Positions 1-8,468 of a DNA stretch of 32,000 nt are shown piece after piece. This stretch comes from Candidatus Saccharimonas sp. (GTDB taxonomy: Bacteria > Patescibacteriota > Saccharimonadia > Saccharimonadales > Saccharimonadaceae), in the NCBI GenBank assembly GCA_015256915.3, contig CP076101.2, forward strand, positions 600,001 through 632,000, written 5' to 3'. The position numbers were made by a program, and so were the translations under genes. Position 1 is the first letter of the stretch, and each line of letters begins with the position of its first letter. The notes beneath the pieces were generated by a model. It worked only from the letters and a program-made list of their open reading frames with translations, did not search any database and was not told the origin of the DNA.

Positions 1-855
1 ATCATGAATGACCATTTGCGGATATGGCAAAATAATATCGTTTTCATCAAAAGCTTTCTTGATTTCCCGCCGAAAAATTCCGGCAACATTCCATTGTTTT
101 CCAGCTTTTACCCTTCCTAAACACTTAATTTCCATCGAGGAATCCAAGAATTTATTAACTCTTACAAATACAATTGGCTCAATAATATCTTTTTTCAATT
201 CCGGATCTTCAAGCATTTTTAGCCCAACATTATTTATCACTTCTTCCAAAACATCAATATCCGTATCATAAGATACGCCAAACATTAAATTAACATTAGC
301 ATATTTAAAAGAAAGATTTGTCACCGCCTCGCTTGCACCATTTCGAATTGTGTGAACTTTTCCATCACCATCACGAACCTGAGTAATTCGTAAAGAAATA
401 TTCTCAACTTTCCCCGAAATTAGCCTTCCAGCAACCATAATTTCAATCGTATCTCCAACTCGATATTGGTTCTCACCTACAATGAAAAATCCCGCTAAAA
501 TATCACGAGTTGTTGTTTGAGCACCAAGACCAACCACGACACCAACTAAACCAGCACCTGTCATTAAAGATGCTACATTAACACCAATTGAACTAAGAAA
601 ATTTATAGCTGCAGTCATCCAAATAACGATATCAATTGTAGTTTTTGCAATTTTCGAAATTGTTTCATTTCTTTTTAAACGTTCTTCGGAGCGCTTTATT
701 TTTTTAGTTTTCTTACGAACACTGAAAGCGAAATCAATAATTTTGCGTGATAAAAAACTCGCAAAAACTGCAATAAGAATAATCGTGATTGGTTCGAACC
801 AGTCGTAATCTAAAAATCCTGTTATAAATTTTTCGAAACTCTTAAAAATATCCAT
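1..855 (-). CDS. mscS: MscS-family small-conductance mechanosensitive channel (3' end of the gene runs off the window start)
   Basis: Absent from the ORF track because there is no in-window stop. My minus-strand translation from the ATG at 855-853 reads MDIFKSFEKFITGFLDYDWFEPITIILIAVFASFL...MTGAGLVGVVVGLGAQTTTRDILAGFFIVGENQYRVGDTIEIMVAGRLISGKVENISLRITQVRDGDGKVHTIRNG... N-terminal TM helices are followed by the canonical MscS pore-helix/beta-domain signature. The frame is open for all 285 codons down to position 1. Confidence 0.85.
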   Translation of the reverse strand, partial: MDIFKSFEKFITGFLDYDWFEPITIILIAVFASFLSRKIIDFAFSVRKKTKKIKRSEERLKRNETISKIAKTTIDIVIWMTAAINFLSSIGVNVASLMTGAGLVGVVVGLGAQTTTRDILAGFFIVGENQYRVGDTIEIMVAGRLISGKVENISLRITQVRDGDGKVHTIRNGASEAVTNLSFKYANVNLMFGVSYDTDIDVLEEVINNVGLKMLEDPELKKDIIEPIVFVRVNKFLDSSMEIKCLGRVKAGKQWNVAGIFRREIKKAFDENDIILPYPQMVIHD

Positions 856-899
856 TACTAGTTATAATTAAAACATAAACACTTTATTTTTTCAATATT

Positions 900-1250
900 C
901 TAATACCACAAAGTTAGAATTGCATCATCAATTTTTCTTGCTTGTTCAATTTGATTATTTTCAGCATAGGAGTCTCGCTTCTTAACTAAAAAATCATGAA
1001 TATTTTTTTCATCGCCAGAAAGTTCCGATATCTGTTTCTTAATAGAAATCGAACGAGCTTCACCACCATCAGATTTAGTTATTTTTCCCATTAAAACCAA
1101 ATTATCTATATGCTTCGCTACCGTTGCAACAGATTTATAGCCCATGCCACGAGCAATTTCGCGATATGTTGGGCTATAACCAGATTCTTCAATAAAAACT
1201 TCTATAAAATTCAAAAGTTCAACTTGTTTTTTAGTCAAATTAATTGCCAT
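900..1250 (-). CDS. LexA N-terminal winged-HTH domain protein lacking the S24 peptidase/autocleavage domain
   Basis: MAINLTKKQVELLNFIEVFIEESGYSPTYREIARGMGYKSVATVAKHIDNLVLMGKI aligns with the LexA DNA-binding domain. The remaining ~50 aa are charged/helical, with no Ala-Gly site and no Ser/Lys dyad. I prefer the ATG at 1250 (SD-like AGGTGA 5 nt upstream) over the GTG at 1259 used by the ORF track. It overlaps the LCP gene stop by 11 nt. Confidence 0.75.
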   Translation of the reverse strand: MAINLTKKQVELLNFIEVFIEESGYSPTYREIARGMGYKSVATVAKHIDNLVLMGKITKSDGGEARSISIKKQISELSGDEKNIHDFLVKKRDSYAENNQIEQARKIDDAILTLWY

Positions 1251-2943
1251 TATCTTCACCTAACAAAATAATTATATCTGAATCTTCTCCTATTTTTGAT
1301 AATTCTGATGGTAATTTTTCAGCTTTGGTTGAATATTTAGATTCAAGATTTTTAATTGTTGCGGTTTTCGAATCTTCTTTTACATAATAAATTTTAGTTT
1401 TAGCATAGTCTCGCTTTGGTGCAGAATCAATATCTTGAATATTAAAGCCTTCTTTCTCAAGCTTTTTCTGTTCTTGAGCAGCTAATCCTGAATAATTCGT
1501 ACCATTTAAAATTTTAATTTTAGCGTTTTCTTTAATAACCTCACTACCAATTGTATTTTTTGAAATATAAGCTTGAATTTGGCTATAATTATAAGTTCCA
1601 GCTTTTGGTAAAACTGCACTAACCGAATTAATTAGCCCAGTTGTGAAATAATTTGCAGACTGATCATTTTCATTAACAAGTGGTAAAGAAGTTATAGATC
1701 CACCGTTAAAGTCTTGAGCAATTTCAGCCGCAGTCTTTAGTTCATCTCCGCTAAATGAGTGATGGATATTTTCACCCAAAGATGAAGCGAGCGAAAGTAA
1801 AGTTATTGGGTTAGTTTTTTGTTCATTTATCTTAGAAAACGCCGCTTTTAAAATCTTCTGCTGATTTCGTTCACGGTCAAAATTGCTTCCACTCAAACCA
1901 ACTCCGCCCGCTGAACCTCGAGCGCGCGAAAACGCCAATGCCGTTTCACCATCCATATGATAAGTTTCACCGCTCTTATAGTTAATTTTCGTAGCTACAT
2001 CATAAACTCTGTTAGAGCCATCATAAGCTTCGACTTTCACATCAATTCCGCCGACAGAATTAATAGCATCAATTAGGACTTTCCAATTGCCATGAACAAC
2101 ATACTGAATATCTAAACCTAAAATTTCTTTTGCTTTTTTAGCTAAAGAATCTTGACCAGCCTTCTCTGATTCTTCTTCACTTGAGCCACTATTTTTAGCA
2201 TCATAATAACTACAACCATAGGTTTCATTAAGTTTTCCGGCGGTTGTTCCAAGCCAGCTACGACAAGTATGTTTAACCCAAAGGTCTCGCGGTAACGAGA
2301 TAGTATAAATTTTCTTAGTTTCTTGATTGACAGACACGACCATTACAGAATCGGTCAAGTTCTCACCGTCCCAACCTTTTGGCGAAGTTCCAAAAAGTAA
2401 AATATTTGTACGACCATTAGAATCGGCCTTTAACTTCTTTTTCTCTCCAAAAACGGCGCCAATAACATTACCATTCGTTATTTTATACAAATCTTTGTAT
2501 GCTTTATATACAAAATATCCACCAACAATAATTAAAATCGATAAAATAATAGCAAAAATTCGCCCCGAAATTCGACGTCGCTTAAATTGCTCTAAAGAAA
2601 GAGCTTCTTTACCTTTTTTCTCGCGCTTCAAATTCTTTTTTTCGAGTTTTCGAAGAAGTTTTCGTTGTTTTTTCGAAGCTATTCGTTCTTTCCGTTCATT
2701 TTCCTGAACTTCTTCAATTTCTAAATTTTGTAAAGCAGACTCAATATCTTCATTTAAATTCTCTTCTCGATTTTTAGCTTTTTTCGAATGCTCATTTTCC
2801 GTTATTCTTGGTTGAACCTGAGTATTCGAAACTGGTTTTTTAGCTATTTTCTCATAACTGTTATCACGACTTAAAGAATCGACCCGCCGCCTTGGTGTGA
2901 ACCCATCTATTGATTGCTGATTTTTTTTCATAAGCTCTTTCAA
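1240..2943 (-). CDS. LytR-CpsA-Psr (LCP) family cell-wall glycopolymer ligase with C-terminal LytR_C-like domain
   Basis: Basic low-complexity N-terminal tail and one TM helix (IFAIILSILIIVGGYFVY). LCP core motifs: NILLFGTS...DSVMVVSVNQETKKIYTISLPRDLWV...ALAFSRAR. The C-terminal segment IKILNGTNYSGLAAQEQKKLEKEGFNI is typical of LytR_C. Confidence 0.9.
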   Translation of the reverse strand: MKELMKKNQQSIDGFTPRRRVDSLSRDNSYEKIAKKPVSNTQVQPRITENEHSKKAKNREENLNEDIESALQNLEIEEVQENERKERIASKKQRKLLRKLEKKNLKREKKGKEALSLEQFKRRRISGRIFAIILSILIIVGGYFVYKAYKDLYKITNGNVIGAVFGEKKKLKADSNGRTNILLFGTSPKGWDGENLTDSVMVVSVNQETKKIYTISLPRDLWVKHTCRSWLGTTAGKLNETYGCSYYDAKNSGSSEEESEKAGQDSLAKKAKEILGLDIQYVVHGNWKVLIDAINSVGGIDVKVEAYDGSNRVYDVATKINYKSGETYHMDGETALAFSRARGSAGGVGLSGSNFDRERNQQKILKAAFSKINEQKTNPITLLSLASSLGENIHHSFSGDELKTAAEIAQDFNGGSITSLPLVNENDQSANYFTTGLINSVSAVLPKAGTYNYSQIQAYISKNTIGSEVIKENAKIKILNGTNYSGLAAQEQKKLEKEGFNIQDIDSAPKRDYAKTKIYYVKEDSKTATIKNLESKYSTKAEKLPSELSKIGEDSDIIILLGEDNGN

Positions 2944-4330
2944 TTATAACAAATGATACTGCTAAAATCAAATAAATATGTAGTGCATTTGGTAGTCCTG
3001 AAAAGAAAAACCATTGAACCAAAAACGCAGTTAAAATTGCCCAAATACACCTCTCTTCTCTAGATTTTAGAAAAATTCTGAATATTATTAACCCCCAAAT
3101 AATTAAACCAAAAATACCCAATTCTAATAAAATCGATAAAAATTCATTCTGAACAATTTCTGAACTGTTAGCTATCTGGTGCGTGGAATTTAAAATCGCC
3201 GTTCCAGAAGCCCCAGAACCAACTCCAAAGAATACAACAAAAGGGTTCGAAAGCCAAGTTTCTATTGCTAAATCCGACATTTTTGTGCGTTCATTGGTTG
3301 ATTTTTCAACATAACCATCAAACATTGCCTTTTTAGGTTTTTTTACAGTTTTTTCTGTTGGATCTTTCGAATTTAAACTACTACTCTCAATTTCTGGCTC
3401 TTTAATTTCTTGATTAATCTCTTTTTCAATTTTCGGCAATTTAATTTTTCCCAAACTTATTTGGTTTACACTTTTCGAAATTGAATCATAAAAACCATCA
3501 CTCACTCGTGGGTTTAACTCGGTAAAAATTGCATGAAAAATCATTCCACCCAAAAAACTTGAAACAATAAACCAGCCAGAAATTAAAAAATTTCGTAAAA
3601 TTACTTTTTTCGAAAATTTTTGGTTTACGAAAATCAAAACCAAAACTGCCAATAAAAGTGCAAAAATTGCCCCACGCGAAAGTGTTAAATATAAAGCAAA
3701 AAGCATAATCCAAACTGCTATTTTTTCTTTTTTTGTGGATTTTTTATTAAAAATTCTACTTATTAAAATTAAAATTGGCGCAAGAAGCATGCTTGCAAAA
3801 AATTGTGGTTCAATTGCAAAAACGCTTGGGCGCACAAATCCAAAACCTCGTGCACTGCACCCAGCGCAAAGACCCCAATCCGACCAAGTTCCATAAACAA
3901 CCTGAATTATTGCAAAGATTGACATTAAAAAAGCACTAAAAATAAAGTTTTTTATAATGCTTTCAAATAATTTTTTATTTTTCGAAAAACTCAAAATCGC
4001 CAAAAAATCAAGCCACAAAACTAACCAAACGCCAGAAACTAAAAAACTTCTCAATTGATTTTGCGAACTTAAAATCGTTAAAAAATTCCAAAAAACAAAA
4101 AATCCAGTAACCAAAACTGCGTTGTTCTTTAAAAGAGTTTTGCGGTTTTTAAAAATATTTTTAATACTAAAGAGTGCTAAAATTACAGCATAAATTAGAG
4201 CAATTGAAAATTCTAAATTTGCACCCGCCGCTTTACCAAAATTAAAATTTGGGTAATATGAAAACCAAACCATAAATGGCGCAAAAAATAATATTTTTTC
4301 AGCTAAACTAAGTTTTTTAAAATTTTTCAT
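2864..4330 (-). CDS. O-antigen ligase / Wzy_C family polytopic membrane protein
   Basis: About 10-12 predicted TM helices and a Wzy_C-type motif LTLSRGAIFALLLAVLVL, followed by a large charged extracytoplasmic loop. The ATG at 4330 (MKNFKKLSLAEK) gives a 14-nt overlap with the upstream GT4 stop and is more plausible than 4420. The 3' end overlaps the LCP start by 80 nt. Confidence 0.7.
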   Translation of the reverse strand: MKNFKKLSLAEKILFFAPFMVWFSYYPNFNFGKAAGANLEFSIALIYAVILALFSIKNIFKNRKTLLKNNAVLVTGFFVFWNFLTILSSQNQLRSFLVSGVWLVLWLDFLAILSFSKNKKLFESIIKNFIFSAFLMSIFAIIQVVYGTWSDWGLCAGCSARGFGFVRPSVFAIEPQFFASMLLAPILILISRIFNKKSTKKEKIAVWIMLFALYLTLSRGAIFALLLAVLVLIFVNQKFSKKVILRNFLISGWFIVSSFLGGMIFHAIFTELNPRVSDGFYDSISKSVNQISLGKIKLPKIEKEINQEIKEPEIESSSLNSKDPTEKTVKKPKKAMFDGYVEKSTNERTKMSDLAIETWLSNPFVVFFGVGSGASGTAILNSTHQIANSSEIVQNEFLSILLELGIFGLIIWGLIIFRIFLKSREERCIWAILTAFLVQWFFFSGLPNALHIYLILAVSFVIIERAYEKKSAINRWVHTKAAGRFFKS

Positions 4331-5456
4331 TAAATCCTTTCCTGATTTCTCTTTCGAAATTTTTCTTAAAATTATCTTTCGAAAAACTTTTAGCACTTTC
4401 TGAAACTTTTTTAGCATCAAAATTTAATTTTTCGAATTTTTTAATAGCGCTTAAGATTGACTCAACTGATTGCTCATCAAAAAATACACCATTTTTACCC
4501 TCTTGAATATAATCTTGTGAACCACCTTTATTGAATGCTAAAATTGGCGTTCCAGTAGCAAGAGCTTCGATCGGCGCAATTCCAAAAGGCTCCAAACTCG
4601 GAAAAATAAAACCTTTTGCTTCACCCACAATTTTCGAAAGCTCTTTTGGACTATTAACTCTTTGAATAAACTCAATATTTTGTGAGTTTTTTGCAAGATT
4701 TTTCAACTTTTGATGCTCAGCTCCGCCACCAACCAAAATCAACCTTTTACCATTTTTAGCAAAAGCTTTAACTGCTAAATCAAGTTTCTTCCAATTAACT
4801 TGGCGAGAAGTTGTAATATAATAATTTTTCTTTTTATCTTGAAACTTAAATTCTCTAATTTCTACTGGTGGAAAAACCACAGTTGATTCTCTTTTATAAT
4901 ACTTTGAAATCTCGTTTTTAGAATAATTTGAATTTGCGATCAAAAAATCTGGTTTTTGAGCAAGTTTAAAATCATTTTTTCGAAGTGGATTAACTAATAA
5001 TTTAAATAAAAATCGCACCAAAAAATTCAACCTACCAAAACCAGGATTTTCAATATAATCATTATACATTCCCCAATAATATTGAATTGGAGGGCCTTGT
5101 AAATAACTGATATGGAGCTGATTATTTGAAAGGTTCAAACCTTTACTTTCAGCGCAACAAATTGAAATAATAACATCAAAATCTTTTAGTTTTTTGCCTA
5201 AATTTCGAAAATATAGTATTCGCCCAACTGGTAATATTTTGCGCAATTTTGCCGGGAAAATATTCAACCAGCCCACCCGAACATCATTTTTCGAAAACCA
5301 ATCAACTTCTTTTTCTGAATATTGCGATGTAAAAATTGGTGCTTCAGGGAAAATCTCTGAAACCGTAGCAACAACCTTTTCAGCACCGCCATAAGTGGTG
5401 AGCCAGTCTGTCACAATCGCAACTTTCCTGCCATTTAACCATTTTGGATTTTGCAT
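4317..5456 (-). CDS. GT-B fold glycosyltransferase, family 4 (GT4)
   Basis: C-terminal GT4/GT1 signature FIFPSLEPFGIAPIEALATGTPILAFNKGGSQDYIQEGKNGVFF (E-x7-E). The ATG overlaps the stop of the upstream gene (TAATG at 5454-5458). Confidence 0.85.
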   Translation of the reverse strand: MQNPKWLNGRKVAIVTDWLTTYGGAEKVVATVSEIFPEAPIFTSQYSEKEVDWFSKNDVRVGWLNIFPAKLRKILPVGRILYFRNLGKKLKDFDVIISICCAESKGLNLSNNQLHISYLQGPPIQYYWGMYNDYIENPGFGRLNFLVRFLFKLLVNPLRKNDFKLAQKPDFLIANSNYSKNEISKYYKRESTVVFPPVEIREFKFQDKKKNYYITTSRQVNWKKLDLAVKAFAKNGKRLILVGGGAEHQKLKNLAKNSQNIEFIQRVNSPKELSKIVGEAKGFIFPSLEPFGIAPIEALATGTPILAFNKGGSQDYIQEGKNGVFFDEQSVESILSAIKKFEKLNFDAKKVSESAKSFSKDNFKKNFEREIRKGFNEKF

Positions 5457-6883
5457 TATTTTGCCCCTCTTCGAAAAATTACACTTGCAACAGTTTTAAA
5501 TAAAATTTGAATATCAAAAATAATTGACCAGTTTTGAACATAATAAACATCCAGTCTGCGGCGTTCTTCAAAAGAAATGTCACGCCTGCCTGAAACCTGA
5601 GCTAATCCGGTAACACCAGCTTTTACCGCCAAAATAATATTTTTTCTATTTGATTTGTTAATCTCTTGTGGAATTAAAGCCCGAGGACCAACAAGTGAAA
5701 TATCGCCACGAACAACATTAAAAAGCTGTGGCAATTCATCAATAGAAGTTGCACGGATAAATTTTCCAATTTTTGTAATTCTTGGGTCGTTATCAAGCTG
5801 ATCCCCATTTTTACGATATTCTTTGGAAAGTTCAGGTTTTCCCATTTTTTCGAAAGCCTGTTCGGGAGTTAAGCCATCAAATTCAGCCTTTTGTGAGCGA
5901 AATTTATAGATATAAAACTCCCGATTGAAGCGTGTTAGGCGAACTTGTCTAAAGAAAATTGAATCTTTAGGATTGGTAATCTTCATAATGATCGCCACAA
6001 TTAACATTATTGGTGAAACTAAAATTAAACCAAAGATTGCTAAAATTAGGTCCATTATACGCTTCCATATTCGACCCATACCAAATAATTTTGTAATTTT
6101 TACATCAATGATTGGAGTTCCGCCAATAACTTCAATTGTGTTAATCTGCGAAAGAAGCCTATCTTGTTGTGGTGCAAACATATACTCAAGGTGATTTTCG
6201 ATCGCATAGTTATAAATATCTTCACTCCTAAGTGTATCCGTTTGAATTAAGATATCAGGATTTGTTTTTAAAGCTGCATCTTTAAAACTCACAAAATGTC
6301 GAACAGGTGATTTCGTTGGTAAAAATTGACTTTTCGAAACCATTCCAATTACGTCATAACCAAAATCAATATTGTCATGAAAAAATTGAGCCAATTCTGT
6401 TGAACGAGAGTTTGAACCAATAATTAAAACTTTTTGGCGACCAAAACCACTTCGAATCAAAGCACGGCGAATAAAACGCACTATTTCGCGACCAAGAATC
6501 ATCATTAAGAAATTAATTGGAACAAAGAAGACCGCAATTATTCGAACTGGAAAAACTTCATCACCGGTGAAAAATTCATAAGAAATCATAGCCATAATAC
6601 TAATTATTGAAACAACTAAAGACCTACCATACTCTTTTGGTCGATAAAAAAATACCGAACGGTCATAAAGGCCAAAGAAATAGTTAATGGCCAGCCAAAG
6701 TGGTAGAAGCGAAACTGCCAAAAATACAAAATTCCAGATATTTGGCGCAAAATAATACGCGCGGGAATCAAGATGAGTTCTCGCAAAATATGCTAGCATA
6801 AATGAGCTCACAACCGCTAAGGTATCAGACAATACTAAATTGACTTTAAATATGGTTATTTTATCTTTTTTCATTACGGCCAT
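5456..6883 (-). CDS. Polyprenyl-phosphate glycosyl-1-phosphate transferase (WbaP/EpsB-type bacterial sugar transferase), initiating enzyme
   Basis: N-terminal TM bundle, a central Rossmann-like region (KVLIIGSNSRS) and the C-terminal Bac_transf signature PRITKIGKFIRATSIDELPQLFNVVRGDISLVGPRA...GLAQVSGR. Confidence 0.9.
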   Translation of the reverse strand: MAVMKKDKITIFKVNLVLSDTLAVVSSFMLAYFARTHLDSRAYYFAPNIWNFVFLAVSLLPLWLAINYFFGLYDRSVFFYRPKEYGRSLVVSIISIMAMISYEFFTGDEVFPVRIIAVFFVPINFLMMILGREIVRFIRRALIRSGFGRQKVLIIGSNSRSTELAQFFHDNIDFGYDVIGMVSKSQFLPTKSPVRHFVSFKDAALKTNPDILIQTDTLRSEDIYNYAIENHLEYMFAPQQDRLLSQINTIEVIGGTPIIDVKITKLFGMGRIWKRIMDLILAIFGLILVSPIMLIVAIIMKITNPKDSIFFRQVRLTRFNREFYIYKFRSQKAEFDGLTPEQAFEKMGKPELSKEYRKNGDQLDNDPRITKIGKFIRATSIDELPQLFNVVRGDISLVGPRALIPQEINKSNRKNIILAVKAGVTGLAQVSGRRDISFEERRRLDVYYVQNWSIIFDIQILFKTVASVIFRRGAK

Positions 6884-8402
6884 TATACATCTCCAATATA
6901 AAATTTAAACCAAACGCAGCGCCTACTATAAAAATAGGTAAATATATAAAAATATATCTTGCCCTACTTTCAAATAAAACCTGATATGCAACTACTAAAA
7001 GAGTGAAAAATAGTAAAACTACATGATAGTATTTAAACTTATTAGCTGATTTAAAGATAAAAATTGTAAATAAAGTAAGAATAGTTCCCCACATAATAGA
7101 AATAAAAACACTAAATAGCCGAAATTTATTACCATTCCAAGATAGAAAACGCCTAAATTTATGCACTATATTACCTTCAACTAAAAACTGTATGAAATTA
7201 TTTCTACTAGAACCCTCTCCCCACACTCCAAATGTTCCGTCGTTAAAGAAATTCGAAATCTTTAAAATAGCAAACTTAAGCCATCCAAAAGGAAAATTAT
7301 TCGTCAAACTATCAATAAATATATTTAAACTTACTTTCTCGCGCTCTCTTGCACCTTTAGCGGCAGTATCATCAGCGTATCTTGGGCAATATGATCCAGT
7401 ATTACATTCATTATAAGGTGGAAGCCCTCGCATGGATCCCATACCTAAATAATGTAAAAATCCAGTTCTTTTTTCACGTATTTGACTACTGGAATATTTC
7501 GCAAAACCGTTAGAAGATGTAATTAAAGTATTTAATACAAAAAAGGAAGAAATAACTCCGATTATAAATAAACCAAAATATTTTGCGATTATTTTTATAT
7601 TTCGACATCTATTTATAAAAAATAACGAAGATAGAAATATTGATATCATTAATATTAAAGTAGTAGGCTTTATAGCATACCCTAAGTAAGCAAAAATTCC
7701 TAATAATATAGTTAAGATTTTTAGTATGTAGCCATTGCCTTTTTTTGCATATAATTCAATAAGTAAAAGAATAAATAATTGAGAAGCAACAAAGAACAGA
7801 CCGACAGTATCCGTATAAAATACCGTAGAATATGGAGAAAAATTTATTATAGCGATAATAAATGTTGATATAATAGAAAATACAGATTTATTAAATTTAA
7901 CATAGATAATAGCCATTATAAATAATGAAGAAACAAGAATTAATATATTATTTATAAAAATTAGAAGTATATCTTTATCAATACCTACAAAATTAGCTAT
8001 ACGATATATTATTACTACAAAATAAGTTATAGTTATATTATTATCATATCTCAATAAATAATTATATTCCCAAGCTTTATCATCTGGATCGGTGTTACCA
8101 GTTTTTATATAATTATTAGCTATGGTTTGTATAGCGCCAGCATCCCAAGAGTGTTGTATTGAGGCGGTAGAAAAACCAGTTATCATTTGAGAGATTGAAG
8201 CAATAAAAATAAAGAATATAAGCAGAGTTTTCTTACTAAATTTTTTAGATAATAAAAAAACCGCCACAACAAACAAAATCAATACTATTGCTATAATCAA
8301 TACTTTATAAGGATCATATACACTAAATATATTTTTCGAAAGACCAAATATGCCAAATATTAAGCTGATAAGAGAAAATAATCTTAATGCCTTAATTACC
8401 AT
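6861..8402 (-). CDS. Large polytopic membrane protein, putative GT-C-type extracytoplasmic glycosyltransferase
   Basis: 513 aa with 12 or more hydrophobic helices, an acidic first-loop motif (HSWDAGAI...DPDD) and a large soluble loop (GMGSMRGLPPYNECNTGSYCPRYADD). Located in the glycan locus. The family assignment comes from architecture only. Very AT-rich codon usage. Confidence 0.45.
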   Translation of the reverse strand: MVIKALRLFSLISLIFGIFGLSKNIFSVYDPYKVLIIAIVLILFVVAVFLLSKKFSKKTLLIFFIFIASISQMITGFSTASIQHSWDAGAIQTIANNYIKTGNTDPDDKAWEYNYLLRYDNNITITYFVVIIYRIANFVGIDKDILLIFINNILILVSSLFIMAIIYVKFNKSVFSIISTFIIAIINFSPYSTVFYTDTVGLFFVASQLFILLLIELYAKKGNGYILKILTILLGIFAYLGYAIKPTTLILMISIFLSSLFFINRCRNIKIIAKYFGLFIIGVISSFFVLNTLITSSNGFAKYSSSQIREKRTGFLHYLGMGSMRGLPPYNECNTGSYCPRYADDTAAKGAREREKVSLNIFIDSLTNNFPFGWLKFAILKISNFFNDGTFGVWGEGSSRNNFIQFLVEGNIVHKFRRFLSWNGNKFRLFSVFISIMWGTILTLFTIFIFKSANKFKYYHVVLLFFTLLVVAYQVLFESRARYIFIYLPIFIVGAAFGLNFILEMYNGRNEKR

Positions 8403-8408
8403 GTCATC

Positions 8409-8417
8409 ATTATAACA
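8409..8417 (-). promoter_or_regulatory. Extended -10 promoter element TGTTATAAT, 6 nt upstream of ATG 8402 (leaderless transcript predicted)
   Basis: The minus strand reads ...ctgTGtTATAATgatgacATG. It heads the eight-gene minus-strand glycan/LCP/lexA-like operon. Confidence 0.5.
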
Positions 8418-8452
8418 CAGACTAATCCAATATTCAATTTCAACACGCTATA

Positions 8453-8461
8453 TGCTATAAT
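8453..8461 (+). promoter_or_regulatory. Extended -10 promoter element TGCTATAAT, 7 nt upstream of ATG 8469 (leaderless transcript predicted)
   Basis: taTGcTATAATaatatatATG, with no SD. Divergent partner of the 8409-8417 element. Confidence 0.5.
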
Positions 8462-8468
8462 AATATAT

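Noticed and set aside
8-271. 87-aa plus-strand ORF at the window start
   Set aside because: It lies entirely antisense within the well-supported MscS-family gene (1-855, minus). The sequence is low-complexity with no recognisable motifs, so it is a shadow ORF.
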